Positions 1-9,672 of a stretch of 64,000 nt of DNA are shown piece by piece (position 1 is the stretch's first letter; every line of letters begins with the position of its first letter). Source of the DNA: Gemmatimonadales bacterium (GTDB lineage: Bacteria > Gemmatimonadota > Gemmatimonadetes > Gemmatimonadales > GWC2-71-9). The stretch is from assembly GCA_965249575.1 (NCBI GenBank), contig OZ252244.1, positions 544,001 through 608,000 on the forward strand, read 5' to 3'. The notes beneath the pieces are model-generated. The model was not told the origin of the DNA, made no database searches, and worked only from the letters and a program-made list of their open reading frames with translations. The translations under genes were made by a program, and so were the position numbers.

Positions 1-1132
1 TTCAGGTGCTTCGATACACAGCCCAGTCGGAGGTTCTCCCGGCGCTCTTCGAGCTTCAGGCGCAGTCGCCGGAATCGAAGGCGTGGGTCGCCGAAGGGGC
101 GTTTGCGGCCGTGGATGACAGTTTCCCCGCCGGCTCGGTGATCCTGGAGGACGTTGACGCCGGGACGGCCGAGTCCCTGGCGCGCCGCTTCGCGTTGCCG
201 CTCCGTGCGGTACGGTCCGTGCCGCGTGTCGATCGGCACGAGCTCGACTTGCCGAGGATCGCGATCTATCACACGTGGGTCAACACGCAGGACGAGGGCT
301 GGGTCCGATTCACCTTCGAGCAGCTGAGGATCCCGTACACCTCGATTCACAAGGATCACGTGCGGGCGGGAGATCTGAGAAGCCGTTTCGACGTCATCGT
401 AGTCCCCAGCACCGGTGGCGCATCGCTCGAGACGCTCGTTCACGGTCGCGACAAGCGTTGGAGCCCCCTGCCCTACACGCAGACCGAAGAATTCCCCTCC
501 CACGGTACGCCATCTTCGACCGACGACCTGACCGGCGGGCCCGGTTTCGAGGGTATGGCCCAGTTTCAGCGGTTCGTGGAAGAGGGCGGCACCTTGATCA
601 CCCTGCACCGCGCGACGCGATTGGCAGCGGAGGGCGGGCTCGCCCGCGCGCTCACGCCGCTGCCAGCCGGTTCGCTGTTCCACCCGGGATCGGTCGTTAG
701 GGCAGCGGCGCGCCGCCCCAATCATCCCATTATGTACGGATACCCGGACACGCTGCATGTCTTCCGCGGGAACGGACCGCTGTATCGGGTCGCGCGACGG
801 GATAGGGGCATGATGGTGTTGCAGTACGGAACCGAGGCGTTGCCCGACGAGCGGGCCGATGCCAGGCCGGAGGAGATGTTCGGTATCGATCCGGTCGACG
901 TCGCGGTCTCACCCGCCGATACCGGCACGACCGACAAGCCCCCCCCTACGTGCTCTCGGGAATGGTCAAGAACTCCAAGGAGATCGTCGGGCAGGGTGCC
1001 ATCTTCGACGTCCCGGTAGGCAACGGCCGGGTGATCGCGTTCACCTTCAATCCCCTCCACCGGTTTCTCAATCACCATGAGTTCCCGATGGTCTGGAACG
1101 CAATCATGAACTGGAACGATGGGAGGAGGTGA
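1..1132 (+). CDS. C-terminal part of M14-family zinc carboxypeptidase-like protein with class-I glutamine-amidotransferase-like domain; 5'-truncated by window edge, frameshift at C8 run 939-946
   Basis: DEGWVRFTFEQ, FDVIVVP and FVEEGGTLI motifs in ORF 6..1019; typical C-terminus (YVLSGMV...VIAFTFNPLHR...VWNAIMNW) continues in the 950..1132 frame after the C run. Confidence 0.7.
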
Positions 1133-1162
1133 CGCGGAGGAGGGAATTGCTCGGCGGGCTCC

Positions 1163-1543
1163 TTAGATCGGGACGAGCTCCGTAGTCGTAGCCTTGGACT
1201 TCGCACGACCGAGATCCCGCGCGTACTTGAGGGACCCCGGAGTGTTGTATTTCTGCAGGTACGCGCGGTCAACGGCGTCCTTCAGGCGCTCGCTCCTCGT
1301 GTGCACGGCGCGGACGGGGATATCGCGACCGCCGATGTGAATCGTGCCGCGTGGCTCCTCGAGGAATGTTCGATACCAGCTCCGCGGCTTTATGCTCCAC
1401 GATCGCACGAAGACGCGGCCCTCCACGACCACGGCCCAAATACCGATGAAACGGTGGGGCTTCGTGCCAGCTCGGACGCCGAGGATCTTGCTGCCGTTGA
1501 TGGCGCCGAGGACGGTTTTGGTGAAACGGCGCTTCGCTTTCAC
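1163..1543 (-). CDS. DUF2255 family protein
   Basis: IWAVVVEGRVFVRSW...WYR...VDRAYLQKY pattern; AGGAAGGA SD upstream of GTG. Confidence 0.75.
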   Translation of the reverse strand: MKAKRRFTKTVLGAINGSKILGVRAGTKPHRFIGIWAVVVEGRVFVRSWSIKPRSWYRTFLEEPRGTIHIGGRDIPVRAVHTRSERLKDAVDRAYLQKYNTPGSLKYARDLGRAKSKATTTELVPI

Positions 1544-1578
1544 GCGTCCTTCCTAGCGGCGGTTGCTCGCAGCAACTC

Positions 1579-2034
1579 TCACAATCCAAACTGCCGCAGG
1601 TGATGGTCCGTGTGAATGTAAGCCCACCGCAGCCACTCGCGGTGGCTCAACGGCCCAAACGCCGCATGCTCGGCAGGCAGCGTCCCTGGGGAACTGGCCG
1701 CGAGTGCCGACAACGCCTCGATCGCACGATTGCGGTCGCGGTCGAAGGCCTCGACTGGTAGGACCTTCCCAGCGGGATCCCCTCCCGACTGGAGGCCGTG
1801 GGGCCACTTGAGCGGGGCGTAGAGCGCAATCCACTTGATGATTCGGGAGGGTGAGTGCGGCGACGGAGGTAACGGCCGTCCCGTCAGAACTACCTCCGCA
1901 GCTCCCGCCACGTGAACCAGCATCTGATGCGGGGTCATGCTCCCCCACACCCGGGAGTGCGTGCTCGAGAGGCGTTCCAGCCGTGCTTTCAGTACGGCGA
2001 GTACCCCGGGATCCGCGAGCGTCTTCAGGATCAA
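1579..2034 (-). CDS. DUF1569 / DinB-superfamily protein
   Basis: WGSMTPHQMLVH...H.AFGPLS...HTDHHLRQFG. Confidence 0.8.
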   Translation of the reverse strand: MILKTLADPGVLAVLKARLERLSSTHSRVWGSMTPHQMLVHVAGAAEVVLTGRPLPPSPHSPSRIIKWIALYAPLKWPHGLQSGGDPAGKVLPVEAFDRDRNRAIEALSALAASSPGTLPAEHAAFGPLSHREWLRWAYIHTDHHLRQFGL

Positions 2035-2105
2035 CCTGTTACGAGATCAGGTAACAGAGATCATCCGCGGCGAGCGGCGACTGGCATTGCGATCAGCACA
2101 AGCGC

Positions 2106-2798
2106 TCACGAAGCGGGAGCACTCGGCTGCTCGTCCTCCTCGGGCGCGCCACCTGAGGCAGCGATTTTGAACGCGGTGACCACTGCCAGCCCAAAGAACA
2201 GGATATCGAGGGGCCCGAAGCTGCCGAGGAACCCTTCTTCGGCAGCCGTGGCTCGAAGCTCCGGCATCGCGGCCGCGACGTTCGCACGCATCTCCTGTTC
2301 TCTGTCATTTCGGAACTGCGTTTTGCCGTCGTCACTGAGCGTGCTCCAGCGGGTCAGCGCCTCGGTCCAGACGTCAGGAGGGTACTCTGCCCGGGTGGAA
2401 GCCTGTTCGGGATCGACGCCCGCTGGCCAGTCCACGGCTTTCCCCTCCAGCTCGAACTCCTCCGCGACCGCGTCGGCGACATACGAGACGACGAACTCCT
2501 CGTTATCCAGCTGCTCCGCATACGCCTCTACTATGGTGTCCGCGTCGGGCATCGCTATCTGTACCGCCCAGTATTTCCCGGCGAGGATGGACATCACCGA
2601 AATCCCCACGGCCAGGACTCCCGTCGCCGTACCGCCTGGCCCCCGATTTCCCAGTGTCACGCCGAAGCCGACGAGGCCTCCGATCGCCCACGCGATCCAT
2701 CCGATCTCGAGTTGGAAGGCGTAGGCCACACCTGCCCAGATCAACGCCCCCAGCACACCACCACCGACGCCTCCGAGCGCAGCACCCATGCTGTACAT
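2106..2798 (-). CDS. Hypothetical membrane protein (three N-terminal TM, acidic soluble domain, C-terminal TM)
   Basis: Gly-rich hydrophobic helices; AGGAGG SD before ATG 2798. Confidence 0.7.
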   Translation of the reverse strand: MYSMGAALGGVGGGVLGALIWAGVAYAFQLEIGWIAWAIGGLVGFGVTLGNRGPGGTATGVLAVGISVMSILAGKYWAVQIAMPDADTIVEAYAEQLDNEEFVVSYVADAVAEEFELEGKAVDWPAGVDPEQASTRAEYPPDVWTEALTRWSTLSDDGKTQFRNDREQEMRANVAAAMPELRATAAEEGFLGSFGPLDILFFGLAVVTAFKIAASGGAPEEDEQPSAPAS

Positions 2799-3193
2799 GT
2801 GGTCCTCCTGGCAGGTCGGCTACGCAGCCGTGAGATGATCGAGGAGATCAGATACAGCGCCACCGTTGTGGCGACCGACTACGATACGCCGGGACGTACC
2901 AGTCGGCCAGGGCTTCCTCACGGTCTGCTCAACGTCGTGGCTACGTAATCCGCCTCCCCCAGACGGGTTGGAGAATCCAAACGAGTGTCGCCAGCACCGC
3001 ACCGCGGCGTCGCGGTGGCGAGGCCCTGGCACGCCCTAAACGAGCACGTCTTGAAGGAGGCTGGTGTTAACGCGCCGATCAGAGACCTCGCATCGCACCG
3101 CAGGGGCTGGGACTCACAAACAGCGGAAGCACTCGGCACCGGTCTCACCGGACAGGGGCCGTCCCAAGAAACCGGTAGTGTGCCGCGCGCTCC

Positions 3194-3240
3194 CACCACT
3201 CACCACTCACCACTCACTACTCACTACTCACTACTCACCA
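3194..3240. repeat. Heptamer tandem repeat (CACCACT)3(CACTACT)3CACCA
   Basis: Read directly; lies immediately 3' of the stop codon at 3242-3244 (minus strand). Confidence 0.95.
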
Positions 3241-3241
3241 G

Positions 3242-3634
3242 CTACCGCCTGAGCTTCCTGCCGTTGAATGCCCCCTGACCCGGAGCCCCGTCGTACGTCC
3301 CGACGAACTCGTCTCCCGTGAAGACCATCTCCAGTGCCACGTTACCCCGCTCGGTCATCGCATGCACGAGCATTTTCGCTCCGTCCATCTCGATGGAGGT
3401 GATGCGTGCCGGGCCATCTCCATTCGGCGTGACGGTGCCGGCGTAGCCACTATCGGACGCCGTGATCTTCATCCGGCCCTCGATGATGCCGTTCTCAGTG
3501 GTGGCCTCGAAGTCGTAGAGACCGGCTGGGTCGAAGGCCGGCGCGGCCCTCTAGGAGACTTGCTGCGCGACCGCGGTACGGAAGGGCATCGCCCCCAACG
3601 CCAGCGCGAATAGCGAGAGTATGGCCGCCCGCAT
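3242..3634 (-). pseudogene. Small secreted beta-rich protein interrupted by in-frame TAG at 3553-3551
   Basis: AAGGAGGT SD, ATG 3634, signal peptide MRAAILSLFALALGAMPFRTAVAQQVS*, then RAAPAFDPAGLYDFEATTENG... in frame with ORF 3242..3472. Confidence 0.7.
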
Positions 3635-3851
3635 GCCTACCTCCTTTGAGGACAAGAGTCGACGTCGTGCCGTCCGTTAGCAGCGTGGCTAACGGACACT
3701 CCTACGCATGACGATGTCGATCGGTTTCAAACGGCGGGAGCCAGCGAACTCGAGAGTGGCCGCCCGACCCTACCTCGGCACACGTATCAACTGCGGAGCT
3801 ACGCCCTCGAGGTGGTGCGATCGGGTTGCGATTTGAAATGTCTGGCGTAGT

Positions 3852-5285
3852 CTAAAAGGACCTCCCCAGTCTCTCCTCGAGCTTGAACAACCGTACCGCA
3901 TTCTCGCGGAAGACCTTGAGGGCGACATCGCGGGCGGTTTCCGCACTCATCGCTCCACGCTCTACCCTCGCGGCCAGGACGCGTGCCACGACCTCCTTGC
4001 CGGACTCGAGCGATCCGACGGCTTCCTCGATAGTCGAACAGTCACCGCCCCAGAAAACCTTGTTGTATGGCACCATATCGAGGATTTCTTCCAGCGCCTC
4101 GACTGCCGCCTCCTTGGAGATCTGCGGTAGCCACACCAGATCGATGGACACGTTCGGAAACGCTTTCGTGAGCGAGATCGCATGACTCGTCCACGGATAC
4201 CCTCCGTGAAAGATTATGAAGTCCACCTCCGGATACTGCAGGAAGATGTTGTTCAGGTCGGCGGGCCGACTGTTCTCCAACACGTTTCCGTTGCCCGACA
4301 GGTAACCCGTGTGAATCTGGATCGGCAGGTCGACCTCGGCCGCTCTGCGGATGATCCAATGGAACAAGAAATCCTGTACGGCCTTTTCTTCGCGCTCGCT
4401 GAGCACGGAACTGGCGCCCTTATCGAACAGCGCGCTCGCGACCCTGAACGGCACGTCCTCGTAACGGAGTGAACGCATGTACGCAAACGAGTTCTTGATG
4501 CCCACCGCCTTTTTCTCAAGCGCCCGGTCGAACATGACACCGACATAGTCCACGTAGTCCCGAAGGTTCCGGATCGACCGTCCCTCCTCTTCGGCCTTCT
4601 CGTAGACGTTGGTCTGAAACAACAGGTCCTCAACCCAGGTCCTTGGGACCGGGTTGTCCTGTTGGGTCAGCCGGTATCGGTTACCGGACGCCCAGACGAG
4701 GTGATCGATGTCGAAGATGCGTGCGGCGTATCGCTCATCGAGGATGACGTCCAAGGGCTCCCAGTAGGGATCGACGAGCCACACGTCGATGTTCGACCGC
4801 TCGAATGCCGTCGCATACCACTGCTCGAAGTTCTCGTAGTTCTCCTGGATCTGCGCGGAAAGCCGCGCAACGCCTTGTTTGGTGAAGGAGGGCTCGTCGT
4901 AGCCGTACAGCTTTGGGAATCCGTTCAGGAACTGCGCGTAGTAACTGGTGTTCTTCGATAGCTCGAGATAGGGACCGTAGGCTTCCCAGTTATCGTCGAG
5001 GCTTTTCTCCCGCGCGGTCGCAAAGTTAAGGGGGGGCGACCCAGCGCTCACGAGGTCCGAACGGAGATAGCTCGTTGCCAGGAGCGTGTAGAAATTCACG
5101 CCGAGCTCGGGGTCCTGGCGATTTCGCTGGTGTTCGTGCGTGTCGACGACCTGGATCGTTTCGATGAACTCCTCGAGATCCTCCAGCACACCGCTTCCCA
5201 TCGGCCTGCAGGAGTTGAGCGTGAGCGCTATAAGCGGAAGAAGATGGGAGTGGCTCCTCGTCAGAACGCGCCGGATAGGCTTCAT
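3852..5285 (-). CDS. Amidohydrolase-superfamily metallo-hydrolase, probable lipoprotein
   Basis: DTHEH, GIKN, QIHTG, IFHGG and GGDC metal ligands; LNSC lipobox-like motif. Confidence 0.8.
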   Translation of the reverse strand: MKPIRRVLTRSHSHLLPLIALTLNSCRPMGSGVLEDLEEFIETIQVVDTHEHQRNRQDPELGVNFYTLLATSYLRSDLVSAGSPPLNFATAREKSLDDNWEAYGPYLELSKNTSYYAQFLNGFPKLYGYDEPSFTKQGVARLSAQIQENYENFEQWYATAFERSNIDVWLVDPYWEPLDVILDERYAARIFDIDHLVWASGNRYRLTQQDNPVPRTWVEDLLFQTNVYEKAEEEGRSIRNLRDYVDYVGVMFDRALEKKAVGIKNSFAYMRSLRYEDVPFRVASALFDKGASSVLSEREEKAVQDFLFHWIIRRAAEVDLPIQIHTGYLSGNGNVLENSRPADLNNIFLQYPEVDFIIFHGGYPWTSHAISLTKAFPNVSIDLVWLPQISKEAAVEALEEILDMVPYNKVFWGGDCSTIEEAVGSLESGKEVVARVLAARVERGAMSAETARDVALKVFRENAVRLFKLEERLGRSF

Positions 5286-5300
5286 CGATGTCGCCTCGAT

Positions 5301-6044
5301 CTAGGGTGTTTGCGGCCGCCAGCCAATGAATATTTCACATTCTCCGGGTTCGAGGCCCGAGTGCTCCGCCGGCACTGAGACCGGCTGAAAACCGGCCTCG
5401 GAAAGGGCACGACACCATTCGTCCCTGGAGAACAGACCCTCGACGTGCCGGTCGTGCTCGACGCGGATCGAGCCGTCACCCAGGCGGAGGAGAAAGGCAT
5501 AGTCCACGAGATAGGTGGTGTCCGTCGGGTCCGGATCCCACGTCCACTCCAGGTACCGCAACGCTTTGCCCCCTCCATCGTGCCCGCCGTGGTCGGTCGA
5601 CGGCCGGAAAGTCTCCCGCACGTGATCCGGTGCAAAGAGCGCGGCACCGCCGGGGCGGCAGTGGATGAAGGCGGTCTCCACCGCCTGTCGCAGATCTGCG
5701 GCCGTGGTCATGTACACAACGGCATCGTGCACGAACACGCAGTCGAATTGGCGGTCGAGCCTCACGGTCCGCATGTCGCCTGCGACATGCTCGCAGTCGG
5801 GATTGAGTGATCGGCTCACGGCGAGCATCCCGGGCGCCCGATCGACCAAGGTCATATTGAAGTGCGCTTTGAGGTGCGAAGCGTTGTTCCCCCCGCCGCT
5901 CCCGAGCTCGAGCATCGTGCGAGGATTATCGTCACAGGCCTCGATCAGGGCGGTTCGGTAGAACCCGGCTTCCTCAGCGTATTCTTGCGGAGACGACAGG
6001 AGCGGCCACCAGGACGCCAGCTCGCTATAGAACTTAGGAGACAC
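5301..6044 (-). CDS. Class I SAM-dependent methyltransferase
   Basis: LELGSGGG motif I, GDMR, FDCVFVHDAVVY, RPGG. Confidence 0.9.
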   Translation of the reverse strand: MSPKFYSELASWWPLLSSPQEYAEEAGFYRTALIEACDDNPRTMLELGSGGGNNASHLKAHFNMTLVDRAPGMLAVSRSLNPDCEHVAGDMRTVRLDRQFDCVFVHDAVVYMTTAADLRQAVETAFIHCRPGGAALFAPDHVRETFRPSTDHGGHDGGGKALRYLEWTWDPDPTDTTYLVDYAFLLRLGDGSIRVEHDRHVEGLFSRDEWCRALSEAGFQPVSVPAEHSGLEPGECEIFIGWRPQTP

Positions 6045-6140
6045 CGACAGCCCATCCCTCCGGACTGGAAAGAACCCGGCAGGAGTGCCGCCTTGGCGTT
6101 AGCGACGTCAGGTCCCGGCAGGCTCCCCGGCCCGGGCGGT

Positions 6141-6362
6141 CTAGCGCTGCCAGGTATCTACCAGCTGCCGCAGCATGAGCGCGATCTCGAACATCAGCAG
6201 CGTGGCGGCCCAGTCCAGCACCTGTCGCGGAAAGATACTCAGCAGCGGCAGGCTCCAACCCACCAGGTTGAGCACTTTCTCCAGAAGGGCCAGCCCAAAG
6301 AGAAAGAACGCAGTACCCAAGAATATCGGTGCCGTGTAGGCAGGTTGCCTCAGTGTACTCAT
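6141..6362 (-). CDS. Small two-TM membrane protein
   Basis: Two hydrophobic helices, GGAG SD, co-oriented with neighbours. Confidence 0.55.
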   Translation of the reverse strand: MSTLRQPAYTAPIFLGTAFFLFGLALLEKVLNLVGWSLPLLSIFPRQVLDWAATLLMFEIALMLRQLVDTWQR

Positions 6363-6425
6363 CGTCGCTCCGATTGAAGGGCAAATGGCGAGCTGCGGGT
6401 CGATCGGGTTTCGCTCACGCGAGCA

Positions 6426-8012
6426 CTACCGGTCTCGAAACTCCGACCCCTCTGCCCACGTCGGGCGCTCGGGGCTATTGGCCACGTCGAGCAGGACACG
6501 AACCAGCACTCGAGCCTGTTGCGCGGCCCCGACCGCGGAGTTCCACGGGAGCACTTCGTCGGCCGGCTGATGGTATCGCGAATCGTAGTACTCCCGATAG
6601 CGCTCGTCCCACGGGAAGTCGCCAGGATCCGTCAGCGCCTTCCCGCGCCGCAGGAAGAGTGACGGTACACCTGCCCGGGCGAACGAAAGGTGATCCGACC
6701 GGAAGAAGAATCGCCCGCGTACTTCGGAAGGATGGACCGTAACGGTCAGCCCTTCATCGGCGACCGCCCGCCGGAAGTTGTCACCCAGGGTCGACTGATC
6801 GTCTCCTAGTACTGCGATGTCCCGGGTCTCGCCCCAGATGTTCGCTCCGTCGATGTTGAGCATCGCGACGATGCGACTTGGATCCGGCTCCCGGGCCACG
6901 TACACCTGCGATCCGAGCAATCCCCGTTCTTCCGCGCCGAAGGCGAGGAAACAGATGGACCGTTCGGGGCGAACCCCTGCGGTCGCGATGGCCTCCGCCA
7001 CGGCGAGCAGCGTGGCGGTTCCCGAAGCGTTGTCCAACGCGCCATTATGAATCGAATCGCCAGCTACTGCCGGTCCGATTCCCAGGTGATCGTAGTGTCC
7101 TCCAAGGACAACTACCTCCTGATCGTCGCGGTCGCGGCCGGGGAGACAGGCGGCCACGTTCATCGCCTCGATGCGCTGTGCTACGCGCCCCATGACCCGC
7201 AGCTCGACCTCACCCAAGGAGACCGGCTGGAACTCGGCCGACTCCGCGTCAGCCATCAACTGGTAAAGCGAGGTGCCGGCGCCACTCGCTAGATCGGCCA
7301 GTCGCTCGGGATTGAGCCACCCCGTGACGCGAAGCGGGTCGCCCACATCCGGCGCCAGCCAAACGAGGTCCTGGTAATCGAGGACCGTCTCTTCCCAGCT
7401 CGCCGGTGCTCGAACTGGATGGCTGACCAGGAGGAGCCCGGCGGCACCGCGGCGCCGAGCTTCGTCGCGCTTGTATACAGCCTCTCCGTACGACGTCCCC
7501 AACGTGCCACTCGAATCGACCGCGAGGGGACCGCCCGCGAATGCAACCACCAGTCGTCCGGTCACGTCCGATTCGCCGTAGTCGTCCCGACCGTAGTGAG
7601 ACGCGGTCACGCCGTAGCCGGCGAAGATCGCCTCGACGCGCAGGTCGACCGCAGGCTCACCGGCGGGAGAGAGTGCCACGAAGTCACTGCCCGTCCGTAA
7701 CGTCTCTCCGGACCACCCCGCAACCACCGTCGGCCGATAGCCAAGGAGGGGAAAGCGCTGGTAGAAGGTACCGGCGTCGCCGGCGGGCTCCAGCCCCAGG
7801 CGCCGGAACTGCGTGGCGATGTACAGTGCCGACGGTCGCTCGCCACGGGTTCCGGGAGCACGCCCCTCGAGCTCGTCGTGAGCGAGGAGGCGCAGGTGGG
7901 CTTCGAGGCTCGCTTCCGACACCGATGCCGCGACCTCACCGGCCGATGGCTGCCCCCCACACGCCGTCGCTGACGCGATCGAGACGAGGAGCGCGAAACG
8001 CAATTGCGACAT
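6426..8012 (-). CDS. M28 family metallopeptidase with PA domain, lipoprotein
   Basis: GGHYDH, GALDNASG, AEERGLLGS, NIDG, RSDH, YHQPADE; ATAC lipobox. Confidence 0.92.
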   Translation of the reverse strand: MSQLRFALLVSIASATACGGQPSAGEVAASVSEASLEAHLRLLAHDELEGRAPGTRGERPSALYIATQFRRLGLEPAGDAGTFYQRFPLLGYRPTVVAGWSGETLRTGSDFVALSPAGEPAVDLRVEAIFAGYGVTASHYGRDDYGESDVTGRLVVAFAGGPLAVDSSGTLGTSYGEAVYKRDEARRRGAAGLLLVSHPVRAPASWEETVLDYQDLVWLAPDVGDPLRVTGWLNPERLADLASGAGTSLYQLMADAESAEFQPVSLGEVELRVMGRVAQRIEAMNVAACLPGRDRDDQEVVVLGGHYDHLGIGPAVAGDSIHNGALDNASGTATLLAVAEAIATAGVRPERSICFLAFGAEERGLLGSQVYVAREPDPSRIVAMLNIDGANIWGETRDIAVLGDDQSTLGDNFRRAVADEGLTVTVHPSEVRGRFFFRSDHLSFARAGVPSLFLRRGKALTDPGDFPWDERYREYYDSRYHQPADEVLPWNSAVGAAQQARVLVRVLLDVANSPERPTWAEGSEFRDR

Positions 8013-8030
8013 GTGCAGTGTTCCTCCTGA

Positions 8031-9446
8031 TCAGCTCACTTTGTTCGGCGTTGGTGCGCCCTCCGGTCCGTTGTCCCAGTCCTGCGCGCTCGAGACGTTG
8101 GGCACGCCCCACTGGTGACCGTTCCACCCCTCGAAGCCGTCTAATCGAAAAGCCCAGAAGCCCGAGTCGAGATCGGTCATCACAATCAACCCGTCGGCAT
8201 TACGCACGTCGATCCCCCAGCCGCCCTCGTACACGCTGTTACCTCGACCGTGAGCATAGGTCTCCTGCCAACCAGCAACGCCGATGCCGTGCCGATAGGG
8301 TGCCGGCCGGGTGGAATAGAACCCAATCGAATAGGGATTCGAGGGATCCATCCAGTTGAGGACGTGGAACCCGTCGGTCTGTCCGGCAATGAATACGTAG
8401 GGCCAGCGCACCTCGGAGTAGTGTGGCGTGCCTTCGGGACTCGCGTTCCAGGCCCCGATGGGACGTGAGACGGCTCGTACTTCTCCGTCGTATGCGGGCT
8501 TCAAGTCGACGATCCGGATGGGTGCGTACCAATCCTCGAGATGCGACATGACGATGGCGTACCGGCCGTCTGGCGTCGGCGTGAACGTGTGATGCCCTGA
8601 CATGCCGGCGATGTTCGTGGCCGACACCAGGAGCTCCGGGTGCTCGGGATCGGTGATGTCAAAGACGTGGGCGCCGCCCGATCCCGCGCCGTAGAATTTG
8701 TCCTGCCTCGTGGCGGGATCGTAACCCACATAAAAGTCGTGCCATGCTGGCCGGGTCGTGTACGTGACCTCATTGAGGTTGGGAATCACGACCTTCCCGA
8801 CCACGATCTCCGGATGACCCGCCACGATCCGGTCGACGTCGTAGATGTAAGCCTCTGGCGAGACCGTCTGAGTCACGACGAGCGCCGCTCCGCTCGAATG
8901 CTTGTACGCGAACGTCTCGTGGAAACCGCCCGGGTGCTCGGGGACACGGATCCGGGCGACCTCCCTGATGGTCGAGGTGTCCGGGAGCCCCGTGACGTCC
9001 CAGACGATCGCGCCGAGATCCGTGTTGGGACCACCCTGCCGGAATTGGAACCCGTTGAAGAAGTAATACCGGCCGTTGGTCTTTACGTACGCTGGCGCCA
9101 GCGAGCCCGGCCCACGGTGCAGCGCGGCGTCCTCGATGCGCCACGAGTAGATGAGCTTGGGGTTGGACGGATCCTTGATGCTCAGGATGTCGAACCCGAT
9201 GGTGGGATCCGTGGCTCCGACGTGATTAGACCGATCGATGTACACGTACGGTCGCGACAGCTCCTGTTCCAGCTCGATATCCGAAACGTTGTACGGACCA
9301 GAGGCATCGTGCGGCGGGAGGTGCGACATTAGGCGAACGTTGGCGCTTCGCGCTTCGCCCGGTAGCGGGTTTGGACGGTACTCCTGAGGCCCCGCCGCCG
9401 TCGCGACGACCAGCAGTGTTGCAGCGAGAAATGGAAAGCTCGGCAT
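8031..9446 (-). CDS. Secreted His-rich beta-propeller protein (LVIVD/choice-of-anchor-B-like), paralog 1 (divergent)
   Basis: Signal peptide; repeated ...D(I/V)xDP.. blades; GGFH, WHD, HHTF and PHY motifs; Trp-rich conserved tail shared with three paralogs. Confidence 0.75.
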   Translation of the reverse strand: MPSFPFLAATLLVVATAAGPQEYRPNPLPGEARSANVRLMSHLPPHDASGPYNVSDIELEQELSRPYVYIDRSNHVGATDPTIGFDILSIKDPSNPKLIYSWRIEDAALHRGPGSLAPAYVKTNGRYYFFNGFQFRQGGPNTDLGAIVWDVTGLPDTSTIREVARIRVPEHPGGFHETFAYKHSSGAALVVTQTVSPEAYIYDVDRIVAGHPEIVVGKVVIPNLNEVTYTTRPAWHDFYVGYDPATRQDKFYGAGSGGAHVFDITDPEHPELLVSATNIAGMSGHHTFTPTPDGRYAIVMSHLEDWYAPIRIVDLKPAYDGEVRAVSRPIGAWNASPEGTPHYSEVRWPYVFIAGQTDGFHVLNWMDPSNPYSIGFYSTRPAPYRHGIGVAGWQETYAHGRGNSVYEGGWGIDVRNADGLIVMTDLDSGFWAFRLDGFEGWNGHQWGVPNVSSAQDWDNGPEGAPTPNKVS

Positions 9447-9672
9447 GTCTTCGCCCTCGACGATGGGGATGATGCTTAACATGCGGGCCGCTGCGCGGGA
9501 TCGCCAACCCCCTCTGGCCTTCCGCCCCGGATCCGAGATACGGACTGCGACCGCGAGATTTGCGATCTCACCCCGGAGCGTTCATAATGAATGGAATTTC
9601 ACACCTGACGGCACGCTCGTCTCGGGCGTCCACTCCTGGATGGCCGCGGGCCGAACGGACAGTGATGGCGGC

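Noticed and set aside
2800..3190. Short ORFs or ncRNA in this intergenic region
   Set aside because: No convincing SD/ORF or recognisable RNA family; only a GC hairpin near 3000-3017
3194..3240. Possible CRISPR array
   Set aside because: Period-7 tandem repeat with no spacers; no cas genes in the window
3551..3553. Genome-wide TAG recoding
   Set aside because: Core genes (hppA, ychF, rplI, rpsR) end in TAG at their expected C-termini, and RF1 is intact
9445..9672. Long N-terminal extensions in the ORF track (also 15041-15292, 45545-45736, 60671-60847, 62385-62693)
   Set aside because: They overlap neighbouring genes or promoters; downstream starts give proper SD or signal peptides
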